A DNA stretch of 64,000 nt, from positions 64,001-128,000 of the IMG/VR virus record IMGVR_UViG_3300047560_001714, one strand, 5' to 3'. The stretch's first letter is position 1. Every line of letters starts with the position of its first letter. Positions 15,901 through 25,409 of this stretch are shown piece by piece. Position numbers and translations under genes: made by a program. The notes beneath the pieces are model-generated. The model searched no databases, had not been told where the DNA came from, and saw only the letters and a list, made by a program, of their open reading frames with translations. The DNA comes from a virus.

Positions 15901-17304
15901 ATGACATTAATTGCAGAAAAAACAACAACAACAACAACAAATGGTATGGCGGCGTTAAACACATCAACGACAGCCCTTACCGATTTATTCTTTAACATTG
16001 GTGCTATGCGTGGTAAAGATATTATTCCACAATTCACCAGTGCATTATCTGAAAATCGTGAGTTAGCATTACGAATTGCACTATGGTCGCGTGATGCTCG
16101 TGGTGGCGCTGGTGAAAGACAACTTTTCAGAGATATTCTAAATCATTTAGAAAACACCGATGTTTCCGCCGCCGAAGCATTAGCAAACCGCGTTGGTGAA
16201 TTGGGCAGATGGGATGATTTGTTTGTGTTTAAAACCAAACATATGAAAGAATTTGGGTTTGAGTTAATTAAACAAGCGTTGGCAGCTAAGAATGGATTGG
16301 CAGCTAAATGGACCCCACGTAAAGGACCAATTTCGGTTGAATTACGCAAATACTTGGGTTGGAGTCCAAAGCATTATCGTAAAACATTGGTGGCATTGAC
16401 ATCAGTGGTTGAAACCCAAATGTGTGCTAATGATTGGGATAACATCAATTTCAGCCACGTGCCATCTGTTGCTAGTGCTAGATACAAAAAAGCTTTCAAT
16501 AGACATACACCTAAGTTTGCTGAATATGTTAATGCACTGGTTTCTGGTGATACATCAGTTAAAGTCAATGCTGGTGCAATCTATCCATATGATGTTTTAA
16601 GTGCGTTGAAAGGTTATAATGTTGATTCAACGATTAAAAACCATGTTATTGCACAATGGGCCGCATTACCAAACTTTGTTGGTGACGCTAATATTTTACC
16701 ATTAGTTGACGTTAGTGGTTCTATGTCGTGTTCAGCGGGTGGTAAAAACGCATCTCTAACTTGTATGGATGTTGCAGTTTCCCTTGGGTTGTATCTTTCA
16801 GATAAAAACTTAGGTGAATTCAAAAACAAGTTTATTACGTTTCATGAAAAACCAGAATTGATAACACTTGAAGGGGATATTGTTCAACAGAACCAGCAAA
16901 TGCTAAGATCAAAATGGGGCATGAGTACAAACTTGGAATCAGCATTTAACTTGATTTTAAATTTAGCAACCAGTTGCAATGTTCGTAACGCAGATATGCC
17001 AGAAATTTTGTTGATTTTATCGGATATGCAATTTAACCAGGCGGTTACATCTCCAAGTGATACCGCAATGGAAATGATTGAACGTGCATATGCCGCTGCT
17101 GGATATTCTGTTCCTAAAATTGTATTCTGGAATTTAAATGCAAGTGGGAATGTCCCAGTAACATCGGATAAATCTGGCGCAGCATTGGTATCTGGGTTCT
17201 CACCATCAATTATGACTAGTTTATTATCTGCCGATATGTCTGAGTTTACACCATACGGCATTATGATTAAAACAATCATGAATGAACGGTATGACCACCA
17301 GTAA
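15901..17304 (+). CDS. TROVE/Ro60-like protein with vWA domain (DUF2828-type)
   Basis: RDARGGAGER, GRWDDL, AAKWTPR, VNAGAIYPYD, VDVSGSM (MIDAS), LSDMQF, IVFWNL; start ATG 15901. Confidence 0.85.
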   Translation: MTLIAEKTTTTTTNGMAALNTSTTALTDLFFNIGAMRGKDIIPQFTSALSENRELALRIALWSRDARGGAGERQLFRDILNHLENTDVSAAEALANRVGELGRWDDLFVFKTKHMKEFGFELIKQALAAKNGLAAKWTPRKGPISVELRKYLGWSPKHYRKTLVALTSVVETQMCANDWDNINFSHVPSVASARYKKAFNRHTPKFAEYVNALVSGDTSVKVNAGAIYPYDVLSALKGYNVDSTIKNHVIAQWAALPNFVGDANILPLVDVSGSMSCSAGGKNASLTCMDVAVSLGLYLSDKNLGEFKNKFITFHEKPELITLEGDIVQQNQQMLRSKWGMSTNLESAFNLILNLATSCNVRNADMPEILLILSDMQFNQAVTSPSDTAMEMIERAYAAAGYSVPKIVFWNLNASGNVPVTSDKSGAALVSGFSPSIMTSLLSADMSEFTPYGIMIKTIMNERYDHQ

Positions 17305-17311
17305 TAACAGT

Positions 17312-17336
17312 GGAGGGGTTTTACCCCTCCTTTTTT
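17312..17336 (+). terminator. Intrinsic terminator after TROVE gene
   Basis: GGAGGGG-TTTTA-CCCCTCC + T6. Confidence 0.85.
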
Positions 17337-17359
17337 CAACCCCCTTATATATAAAACAA

Positions 17360-17647
17360 ATGAATATTGAGATTGCACCAACCGACCATATATTAACAAA
17401 TTGGAAAGATGCCAACAGTTATTGCGAACATTTAGATTATGGTGGGAAACATGATTGGCGACTTCCGACTGTTGCTGAACTTGAAGAATTGCAACAAAGT
17501 TCAGAATATTCATACAAAGAGTTTTACTGGGCAAACAAAGCACAAAGTTACTTTTTATCTTGGGCAACAAATATGAGTACCGGGCTGTCAAAGTTGATTT
17601 TTAAAGACTATAAAGCATACGTGCTTCCAGTTAGAACAGTATCTTGA
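17360..17647 (+). CDS. DUF1566/Lcl C-terminal-like protein
   Basis: NWKDANSYC..L..GG..DWRLPT..EL. Confidence 0.75.
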   Translation: MNIEIAPTDHILTNWKDANSYCEHLDYGGKHDWRLPTVAELEELQQSSEYSYKEFYWANKAQSYFLSWATNMSTGLSKLIFKDYKAYVLPVRTVS

Positions 17648-17652
17648 TTTTT

Positions 17653-17766
17653 AGGCAGTTTCGGCACTGTATAACAGTATTACTGCCTCGGCTGAAGCGA
17701 AATGACCGAAATGGGCTGCTCTCACGGGGTTTCTGTAGTTGTACCTGACACACGAGAACAACTACA
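17653..17766 (+). ncRNA. Candidate structured (pseudoknotted) RNA upstream of Pth2
   Basis: AGGCAGT/ACTGCCT stem; TTTCGG/CCGAAA cross-pairing; TGTAGTTGT/ACAACTACA hairpin. Confidence 0.4.
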
Positions 17767-17785
17767 TCTATTTTATGTGGATAAT

Positions 17786-18169
17786 ATGACAATTGAACCA
17801 AAACAAGTAATTGTAGTAAGAAAAGACCTTAACATGCGCAAAGGTAAAATGATAAGCCAAGGCTGTCACGCATCCGTAGGCGCAGTTCTTAAATGTATGA
17901 ACAAAGTGAACAAAGGTGATGATAGTAATTTTGATGCCTTAGAAGAATGGTTAGCCGGTCGATTCACCAAAATTTGTGTGTATGTTGAAAGTGAAAAAGA
18001 ACTATTAGATATCTACGCAAATGCAAAGGATGCCGCACTTAATGTTAAATTGATTAAGGACGCTGGTTTAACTGAATTTAATGGGGTACCGACTTTAACT
18101 TGCTTGGCAATTGGGCCAGATTACCCAGACAAAATAGATAAAATAACTGGCCATTTAAAGCTGTTATAG
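17786..18169 (+). CDS. pth2: Peptidyl-tRNA hydrolase, PTH2 (archaeal/eukaryotic-type) family
   Basis: KQVIVVRKDL.M.KGK...Q..HAS, KICV.V.SE.EL, DAG.TEF...TLTCLAIGP. Confidence 0.92.
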   Translation: MTIEPKQVIVVRKDLNMRKGKMISQGCHASVGAVLKCMNKVNKGDDSNFDALEEWLAGRFTKICVYVESEKELLDIYANAKDAALNVKLIKDAGLTEFNGVPTLTCLAIGPDYPDKIDKITGHLKLL

Positions 18170-18256
18170 AATATTTTCTCGGCTGATACTAGAGGTTGTA
18201 CCAAGTGTACAATATTTTGGTATCGGCCTTTACACTTCAAATCAATACAACTATTT

Positions 18257-18496
18257 TTGATGCTGTGTTTTCCACATATTAAACCAATGAACTATATAAA
18301 CCAACGATTACGAAAAATAACTCAATATTTTACTGAACAAAATTATACACTAAGCGAACACGATATAGATTTTATCGGTGACATTTTAGCAAATGCTATT
18401 ATTGCTGGTAAAATTGATGATGAATTATTCCGAGATGCTATAAAATGGCGACAAGAACTTAGAGACACTAAAAATGACACTATTAACGAAAATTAA
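18257..18496 (+). CDS. Hypothetical protein
   Basis: ORF in operon; start uncertain. Confidence 0.45.
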   Translation: MMLCFPHIKPMNYINQRLRKITQYFTEQNYTLSEHDIDFIGDILANAIIAGKIDDELFRDAIKWRQELRDTKNDTINEN

Positions 18497-18911
18497 AGAA
18501 GATCAGTTTGCCGCGAGAAAAAACGGAACTGATAAAATTAAAATATCATTACTTACCGTACTATTTAACGAAGCTATTAACGTGGGTTTCAATGATGGTA
18601 AACGTGACACCACCGATGCTGAAGTAATTACAGTAATAAAAAAATTGTTAAAAAGTATTGATGAATGTATTTCAGCCGGTTCGTCTAAAGGAATCGATAT
18701 CAGCCCATACGAGGTGGAACGAGATATTCTGAATACCTATTTACCCCAACAATTAACGTCCGCTGAGATTAAAGAATTAATACAAGACATCATCAAGCAC
18801 GGTGGTAAACCTGCTGGGATGAAATTTTTAAAAGAGAATCATGCCGGTAAATATGATGGTAAAATTGCATCCGCTGCCATCGATGAATTGCTCACCCAAA
18901 GTACTGGCTAA
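18474..18911 (+). CDS. GatB/YqeY domain protein
   Basis: LL.KIK.D...A.K, E..IL..YLPQQL, M..LK..HAGKYDGK.AS. Confidence 0.82.
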   Translation: MTLLTKIKEDQFAARKNGTDKIKISLLTVLFNEAINVGFNDGKRDTTDAEVITVIKKLLKSIDECISAGSSKGIDISPYEVERDILNTYLPQQLTSAEIKELIQDIIKHGGKPAGMKFLKENHAGKYDGKIASAAIDELLTQSTG

Positions 18912-19230
18912 ATTTTTTCAATTCACCCTCTGAAAGATTATTCTTTGCGCGATTCGCACGAAATGATATTATTTCAATATTATCCTTAACATAACCCAAA
19001 GATGAATCTTTTCTATCAAAAGAATACGAGTCATCTTTGGGTGCTCCTCTATTCCATTTCAATGGTATCCCTAAGATTGGGCAAGTCAATGGCATCCCAA
19101 TTTCTTCAATATCTGAAACAGTTAAATCAAAATAAATCCCTCTTTTTTTAGCTGAACTTTTTAATCTTTTAATAATCTCTGCTGATGCTAATGGTTTTAA
19201 CAGTGTATTCATAATAATATTTATTGACAT
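18892..19230 (-). CDS. HNH-like endonuclease-family protein, inverted orientation
   Basis: CPILGIPL, S.DR.DSS.GY..DNI.IIS.RAN..K. Confidence 0.7.
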   Translation of the reverse strand: MSINIIMNTLLKPLASAEIIKRLKSSAKKRGIYFDLTVSDIEEIGMPLTCPILGIPLKWNRGAPKDDSYSFDRKDSSLGYVKDNIEIISFRANRAKNNLSEGELKKFSQYFG

Positions 19231-19281
19231 TTATTTTTTATTGTGTATAATTTGTATTTTATAACACAACTGGAGAATACA

Positions 19282-19656
19282 ATGACAGACTTTAACGCTG
19301 CGGCGGAATTGAAAGGGTTGCAAACCCAACTTGCAAAATCTATCGCAAACAAAGAGATTTTGCAAAATGATGTAAAACTTAAACAAAAAGAACTTGCTGA
19401 ATTGACAGATAAAATCAACGGTATGCAAACTAGAATTGCTGAAATAACATCCGATGAAAAAGAGCCTGTAATATCTGAACACGCTATTTTACGATATCTT
19501 GAACGTATTAAAGGACTTGATATTACGGCAATTAAAGATGAAATCTTGGATGAAAAAACCATTGCAAATATTAAGTTTATAAAACGTAATGGTAAAATTA
19601 AACGTGACGCGTTTAATTTAGTGGTTAAAGATAATATTGTGGTATCCATTTACTAA
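19282..19656 (+). CDS. Coiled-coil hypothetical protein (SEHAILRYLERI motif)
   Basis: GGAG Shine-Dalgarno; TTGACA-TATAAT upstream near 19225. Confidence 0.65.
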   Translation: MTDFNAAAELKGLQTQLAKSIANKEILQNDVKLKQKELAELTDKINGMQTRIAEITSDEKEPVISEHAILRYLERIKGLDITAIKDEILDEKTIANIKFIKRNGKIKRDAFNLVVKDNIVVSIY

Positions 19657-19665
19657 GGAGGAAAC

Positions 19666-20217
19666 ATGGCGGTATATATAACTAGTGACTTGCATTTTCA
19701 TCACAAAAACATTCTTACGTTTAATAGTAACACTAGACCGTATCAATCAGTAGAACACATGAACGCAGAAATCATTCGTGAATGGAATAACACTGTTACT
19801 GATGATGATACCGTCTATATTTTAGGTGATGTTGGGTTGTGTTCACAACGTAAAGCTATCGATGCGATGGCGGCGTTAGCCGGAAGTAAAATTTTGATTC
19901 AAGGCAACCATGATAAGTACTTTGTTCAAAATAAACACTTTGTAAACTGCTTTACTGAAATTCATCAATATCTCGAAATAAAACATAACAAACATAAAAT
20001 ATGTATGTTTCATTTCCCTATATCAGAATGGCATGCGTGCCACCATGGAAGTATCCATCTACACGGACATTTACATGGGGCACCATCTGGACTTGAAAGG
20101 TATAGAGTTAGAGATGTTGGGATGGATGCAACTGGTAAAGTTGTATCATTGCTAGACGACATTTTAGCAGACGCATTAACAGGTGAAATTAAAAATCATG
20201 GTGGAATAAATGGATAG
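19666..20217 (+). CDS. Calcineurin-like metallophosphoesterase
   Basis: SDLHF.H, LGDV, GNHD, HFP, HGH.H. Confidence 0.92.
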   Translation: MAVYITSDLHFHHKNILTFNSNTRPYQSVEHMNAEIIREWNNTVTDDDTVYILGDVGLCSQRKAIDAMAALAGSKILIQGNHDKYFVQNKHFVNCFTEIHQYLEIKHNKHKICMFHFPISEWHACHHGSIHLHGHLHGAPSGLERYRVRDVGMDATGKVVSLLDDILADALTGEIKNHGGING

Positions 20218-21109
20218 ATATATTACTAGTGCCGATATGAAACAATTTGTAGAAACCAATCCAGAATTGGTAACATGCAAACAATCATCCTATGATAATG
20301 TTTATGTGTTGAAATACAAACGTAAAGTATTCTATGATAATTTATGGAATGACTTTTTGGAAGAATGTCGTGGTACATTAGTCGATAAAGATTATAACGT
20401 GGTATCACGACCATTTACTAAAATCTATAACTACGGTGTTGAAGAAAATGCTCCAAAGTTAGATGATGCTACACGGGTGCGAGCGTTTAGAAAAGTCAAT
20501 GGTTTCATGGTGGCAATTACTTGGCATAACGGTGATATACTAGTTAGCACCACTGGCTCAACTGATTCTGATTTTGTGAAAATGGCATACGACCATATTG
20601 ATATTGCCGCATATCGTGAAGTATGTCACAATTGGAACGGCTATACGTTTATGTTTGAATGTGTTCATGAAAATGATCCACATATTATCCAAGAAAAAAC
20701 AGGAATGTATGTACTTGGCTTTCGTAAGAATTCTTGGATTAGTAATGTTGAAGTAGATCCAGGTGTGCTGTATGTGTTGGCAAAACAATTTAACTGCTAT
20801 ACACCAGAATTTATTGAAACGAATGTGTGTAATTTGATTAGATTGGCCAAATGTGTAAAACATGAAGGCTATGTCGCATACACGGCCAACGGGTATCATT
20901 CATTTAAAATAAAATCACCTTTCTACTTAGTGTCAAAACTAATGGCAAGAGTGAAAGATACTAGTAAACTACTTGGTAATAATGTCAAAAATCGAGTGGA
21001 TGAAGAATTCTACCCATTGGTTGACCACATTAAATCCAATGTTGAAAGTTTTGAAATCATGACAGAACAACAACGTCTGCAATTAATTAGAGAATTTCTC
21101 GGATCATAA
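20210..21109 (+). CDS. T4 Rnl1-like RNA ligase
   Basis: ECRG, F.KIYN, KVNG (motif I), STTGS, TFMFE, EGYV, FKIKS..Y. Confidence 0.82.
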   Translation: MDRYITSADMKQFVETNPELVTCKQSSYDNVYVLKYKRKVFYDNLWNDFLEECRGTLVDKDYNVVSRPFTKIYNYGVEENAPKLDDATRVRAFRKVNGFMVAITWHNGDILVSTTGSTDSDFVKMAYDHIDIAAYREVCHNWNGYTFMFECVHENDPHIIQEKTGMYVLGFRKNSWISNVEVDPGVLYVLAKQFNCYTPEFIETNVCNLIRLAKCVKHEGYVAYTANGYHSFKIKSPFYLVSKLMARVKDTSKLLGNNVKNRVDEEFYPLVDHIKSNVESFEIMTEQQRLQLIREFLGS

Positions 21110-21110
21110 T

Positions 21111-21746
21111 ATGGTTTTGACGTTGAATACCTCTGGAAGTACTGCTGACCCAAAATGTATCACACATCAAAATATACTTCATCATGCACAAAGATGCGTC
21201 GATGAGGTTAATTTGACCAGTTCAGACATTGTGTTGGACGTATTTCCATCTAACGTGATTGCACATTACACTATAACAGCGGTACCAGCGTTAATTGCTG
21301 GTGCCCATTTAGTTTCAATGATGTTCGACCCATACCAATATATAAAAACATTTAATCAATATCAGCCAACGTATATTTCATTGATCCCTAGACATATTAC
21401 CATTCTAGAAAAAACAAAAGAATGGGCAAATTTAGATATGTCATCGGTTAGGTATATGGTCACGGGCAGTCAGCCTGTACCACAACAGATGATTGATATG
21501 TTACTTTCAAAAGGTGTGAAATTGGTTGCTAACTGGTATGGAATGACAGAATTCCCTCCACCCGTGATGATTGGGTATAATTCAGAATGCTTTGAAACAA
21601 TCTCTAACCATTATGCGGTAACTTTTGCACAAGATGGTGAATGTATAATAAATGGCGCACCAACTGGTGATATATTTGATACAACCAGAAATTTATTTCT
21701 GTATAGAAAAAATGGCAATCAAAATTTAACTTGGAAAACCAAGTAA
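21111..21746 (+). CDS. Truncated AMP-binding (ANL-type adenylating) enzyme
   Basis: TSGST..PK, YGMTE, TGD. Confidence 0.75.
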   Translation: MVLTLNTSGSTADPKCITHQNILHHAQRCVDEVNLTSSDIVLDVFPSNVIAHYTITAVPALIAGAHLVSMMFDPYQYIKTFNQYQPTYISLIPRHITILEKTKEWANLDMSSVRYMVTGSQPVPQQMIDMLLSKGVKLVANWYGMTEFPPPVMIGYNSECFETISNHYAVTFAQDGECIINGAPTGDIFDTTRNLFLYRKNGNQNLTWKTK

Positions 21747-22346
21747 ATCTAATGCTAATTTACGCTCGTTGTAATAATTATCCACATTTATTCGCCATAC
21801 TGTTTGAGATGTTGAATAAAGCATAAAATTGTCATAAACTTTTTCAATCACCCCAGTCTTTGCCACTAATGGCATTATTCGTGAATCTAATCGTTGACTA
21901 GACGCAAAATGGGTCTTATTAGAGAGGTTATTAGTAGTTAAATAGAACTCAGCGTTATTATATAAACTAGAAATATATTCAATTTGTAGCCACAAGAATA
22001 AACTAATATGCATACCGGTATGCATAACATTTTTACTAAATCTATTTGACAATAAATATCCTGGTAGTTGCGCCCCTCTGAATAAACATCTCCACGCATT
22101 CTCACCAATTTCAGGAAGTTGATGTACCCCAGCCAAAGACCATATCTTATTTTGTAAATGATCAAATCCAATAAAAAAAGCCCCATATGGCATTACCATC
22201 GTCTGTAATTTAATTGAATTAAAATCACTATTATTTGCCCATCCGAATTCTTTACATGTATTGCAAAATACTTGTAACTTTGGAAAATCCGAAACTTGCA
22301 GCAGTCTAATTTCTAAATGTGGGTGGGTTGGGATAAAAAAATTCAT
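21726..22346 (-). CDS. Hypothetical, possibly GNAT-like
   Basis: ORF co-oriented with adjacent oxygenase; weak fold cues. Confidence 0.5.
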   Translation of the reverse strand: MNFFIPTHPHLEIRLLQVSDFPKLQVFCNTCKEFGWANNSDFNSIKLQTMVMPYGAFFIGFDHLQNKIWSLAGVHQLPEIGENAWRCLFRGAQLPGYLLSNRFSKNVMHTGMHISLFLWLQIEYISSLYNNAEFYLTTNNLSNKTHFASSQRLDSRIMPLVAKTGVIEKVYDNFMLYSTSQTVWRINVDNYYNERKLALDLLGFPS

Positions 22347-22993
22347 ACCATCAAACTCAATAGTATGTCGTGGGTTCGTTGATTTAATTTAACTGTTAAA
22401 ATTAAATTATATAAATTATCAGTAAAACTAATTACACTATGCGAAATTTGAAAATTTACAAAATAAACATCCCCTGCGTCTGGATAGAATGGTTTCTGTC
22501 CTAAAATTTGAACATAATCTGTGTTCTTACAATTTCCAAATACACAACAGATTCGAAAGTATTCTGGGGCAATGCCTTGAAAGTCTCTATGTGGCGGAAA
22601 ATATCCACCCGTATCAACCCTCAATAAATGTACCCGCCCAATATCTGGGTTAAATAAATCCACTAATTTTCTTAATTCTGGTATTTTATAATAAACCTCA
22701 GTTGGTGTTGTAAAATCCGACTCTTGTAACAACGTATTATGATATTTCTGCATATAACCAAAACTATTTAAATGGTAATTATCCATTACATCACCGCTGT
22801 GGCTGGTGATCGGCAAACCCCATCTATTATTATTTTTGTCTTTTTTAATGTTATATGGGCACCAATTATCTTGAAATTCCACCAACTGCTGTATTACCTC
22901 ATCTTGTAAAATACTAATATTTAACTTACGGAAAGGTGCGGTTTTCACTAGGTTATCCCATAATAATGCGCGGTCTATTATATCTGAATTCAT
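22343..22993 (-). CDS. Asp/Asn beta-hydroxylase-like 2OG-Fe(II) oxygenase
   Basis: GGYFPPHRD, HSV. Confidence 0.75.
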   Translation of the reverse strand: MNSDIIDRALLWDNLVKTAPFRKLNISILQDEVIQQLVEFQDNWCPYNIKKDKNNNRWGLPITSHSGDVMDNYHLNSFGYMQKYHNTLLQESDFTTPTEVYYKIPELRKLVDLFNPDIGRVHLLRVDTGGYFPPHRDFQGIAPEYFRICCVFGNCKNTDYVQILGQKPFYPDAGDVYFVNFQISHSVISFTDNLYNLILTVKLNQRTHDILLSLMV

Positions 22994-23036
22994 AATTCAT
23001 ATTTAGTATACTGATAATGAATAACTTGCGATTTTT

Positions 23037-23051
23037 CATAAATACAAGAAA
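23037..23051 (+). promoter_or_regulatory. T4-like late promoter motif
   Basis: CATAAATACAAGAAA, identical at 52604; both precede virion-type genes. Confidence 0.55.
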
Positions 23052-23083
23052 GATCTAATGATCATAAAACATGGAGATAGCAA

Positions 23084-24079
23084 ATGTCGCTACGATTAAG
23101 ACGAGGAACGGATGCAGATAGACAATCAGGTATTATCTTTGATCCGGGCGAATTAGTTTATACAACAGATACAAAAAAACTATATATAGGTGACGGGGTG
23201 GCGAATGGTGGAAACCACGTTTTAAAAACTTCCGCTGGTGTTGGATTAGTTTGGGATGATAGCACACAAACATTAAACATTGGTGCTGCAAACCTATCAA
23301 CTGGGTACATCAGTGAGGATTCAACCCACTTATATTTCACACCAGAACGCGCACAGGATGCGGTTGCAGGACTTTTTACGCATTCAACCCATAGTGGTAT
23401 AACATATGCGTACAATGACGTTGATAATATAATAACATCAACTGTAACCGTAAATATTGAATCAGATACATCACCATCATTGGGTGCGAATTTAGATTTG
23501 AATAGTCACAATATTACAGGAACTGGTAATATTAATATAGATGGTTCATATACTAATACCGCGTTAACATTATCAGCTAGTGTATTTACAACCGGTGATA
23601 ACGGATTAACTGTAAATTCAACTAGATCCAGAGTATTAGACCTGGTTACATTATCATCGCAAAATAGTATTCAAGGTATTTCTCATCTTGCTATCAGCGC
23701 ATCTAATGGTACGTTGGGTTCACCAACCCCGCTTGCATCCGATGACCATATAGGTGGTTTACTGTTCCGTGGATATAATTCATCAGCCAGCTGGACCGTT
23801 ACCTCTGGAATTTATTCTAAGTTGTCCGATTCCGCCGATATTGATACGCAGTTCCCATCATCCATTGTAAATATTTTTACTGGGACTAATTCGTCATCAA
23901 TGAATACGTTTTCGTTTACTGAAAAAGGTGTACTTAGCGCCCCGATTCTGAAAACAGCGTCGTATGCAACGAGTAATTACCCATCGACCCCCGAAGCTGG
24001 ATGGATTATCTACGATTCAACATTAAATCAATTCATTGGATATGCTGGTTCAACCAGAGGATGGATTGTTTTAGGGTAA
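23084..24079 (+). CDS. Virion structural/tail-associated protein (LRRGT N-terminus)
   Basis: MSLRLRRGT...GEL.YTTDTKKLYIGDG...GG; T/S/G-rich. Confidence 0.7.
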   Translation: MSLRLRRGTDADRQSGIIFDPGELVYTTDTKKLYIGDGVANGGNHVLKTSAGVGLVWDDSTQTLNIGAANLSTGYISEDSTHLYFTPERAQDAVAGLFTHSTHSGITYAYNDVDNIITSTVTVNIESDTSPSLGANLDLNSHNITGTGNINIDGSYTNTALTLSASVFTTGDNGLTVNSTRSRVLDLVTLSSQNSIQGISHLAISASNGTLGSPTPLASDDHIGGLLFRGYNSSASWTVTSGIYSKLSDSADIDTQFPSSIVNIFTGTNSSSMNTFSFTEKGVLSAPILKTASYATSNYPSTPEAGWIIYDSTLNQFIGYAGSTRGWIVLG

Positions 24080-24090
24080 ATCACATAAAT

Positions 24091-24115
24091 TAATGGCACT
24101 AATATAGTGCCATTA
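24091..24115. terminator. Hairpin between convergent genes
   Basis: TAATGGCACTA-ATA-TAGTGCCATTA. Confidence 0.6.
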
Positions 24116-24123
24116 ACATTTTT

Positions 24124-24630
24124 TTAAAAAGTATCTAAAATACTATTTATAATGTCATATGTTTCTTTACTAGAACCTAATTTAATTTCAAGGTAATAAA
24201 CACCATTGATAAAACTATGAAATGATATGTGCTTGCTAGTATTAAACAAATACAACGAATTTACTTGAATATTAACAATCTCACTATTTGAAACTAAATT
24301 GACATGTCCTTCATAATAATCACCAAAAAATAAAAATAGTGAAATAGTTTTAGGGTGATTATAAAATTCTGGAATATATCCCCCTAATGTAACTTTACGA
24401 ATATCTGCGCTTATTATTACCGCACTATCAAAAATATTCAAGACATTGGAAAGTTCATCACAGTTAATAATATCATTGGCCGTATTCGCTGGAATAGTTA
24501 AGATATTATTCTTATATTCACCCCACTGTATATCACCTTTAATATATTGATCCATATTATGAAACCTAGGTGACAACTTAATAAAATTACCCAGATTAAA
24601 TAAACTGCTACTATAAATGTCAAACTCCAT
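24124..24630 (-). CDS. Hypothetical, degenerate oxygenase-like
   Basis: GGYIPE / NTSKHI pattern resembling neighbours. Confidence 0.45.
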   Translation of the reverse strand: MEFDIYSSSLFNLGNFIKLSPRFHNMDQYIKGDIQWGEYKNNILTIPANTANDIINCDELSNVLNIFDSAVIISADIRKVTLGGYIPEFYNHPKTISLFLFFGDYYEGHVNLVSNSEIVNIQVNSLYLFNTSKHISFHSFINGVYYLEIKLGSSKETYDIINSILDTF

Positions 24631-24631
24631 T

Positions 24632-25342
24632 TTAATGCCTATGTAATAAATGTGACATGACTACCGCAACATTATCAGAGGTCAATGGTATATTTAATAT
24701 TAAATGAATACTGTCATCCACCCAAGATATTGTTCTATGAGTTTGCATTGTGTTTACATAATATGCTCTCCCCATCTCAATAGACATCTTTTTATCGACC
24801 CCTTGAATCCAATCATAATCCATGGGTGAACAGTTATTTAAAAAGACCACAATACGAAATACATCTCTAGGCATTACAGGGTGATCTCTGTGTGGAACAA
24901 AATATCCGCCTATATTTGACTTTATTAAAAATGATCTGCCTAGCGAATCGAATAAACTTAATATTGGGCGTAAACTATGACAACTATGATACACATCGGT
25001 TGGTGAATTGAATAATAACTCCGAAAGTTTGTTTCCGCCAGCCCGAACAATTGCTTCTGCTAAACTAGGATCCTCATTATGCAATTTTCCTGGTAAATTA
25101 TATAACACCAATGCTTGTCTATTGTTAACACGGTCGGTTCTTGGTAAGTAATCCACCCATTCCCCATCATATTTTGCTATTTCTTGCATAAATGACGCAC
25201 AATCAATCTTTATATCTAACGGCTCAAAATCGCCAATTTTGGACAAAGATACCTCATTTGCTAGTGTTTCTAAATTGATATTTTCCGAATTATATATTGG
25301 TCGTTGACCAGATGATCCAGGCGGTACTTTTATTTGTTCCAT
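24632..25342 (-). CDS. Asp/Asn beta-hydroxylase-like 2OG-Fe(II) oxygenase
   Basis: GGYFVPHRDH, NT..TH; paralog of 22343..22993. Confidence 0.75.
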   Translation of the reverse strand: MEQIKVPPGSSGQRPIYNSENINLETLANEVSLSKIGDFEPLDIKIDCASFMQEIAKYDGEWVDYLPRTDRVNNRQALVLYNLPGKLHNEDPSLAEAIVRAGGNKLSELLFNSPTDVYHSCHSLRPILSLFDSLGRSFLIKSNIGGYFVPHRDHPVMPRDVFRIVVFLNNCSPMDYDWIQGVDKKMSIEMGRAYYVNTMQTHRTISWVDDSIHLILNIPLTSDNVAVVMSHLLHRH

Positions 25343-25409
25343 AATGAGTTGTCTCCGAAAATATCACGTATTTAGTAATACGGTATGCACACAACCATAA
25401 ATATAAATC

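Noticed and set aside
15922-15939. (ACA)6 repeat at the start of the TROVE gene as a phase-variation site
   Set aside because: Triplet repeat; slippage keeps the frame
17702-17785. Track N-terminal extension of Pth2
   Set aside because: Family starts at KQVIVVR; the region is better explained as structured RNA
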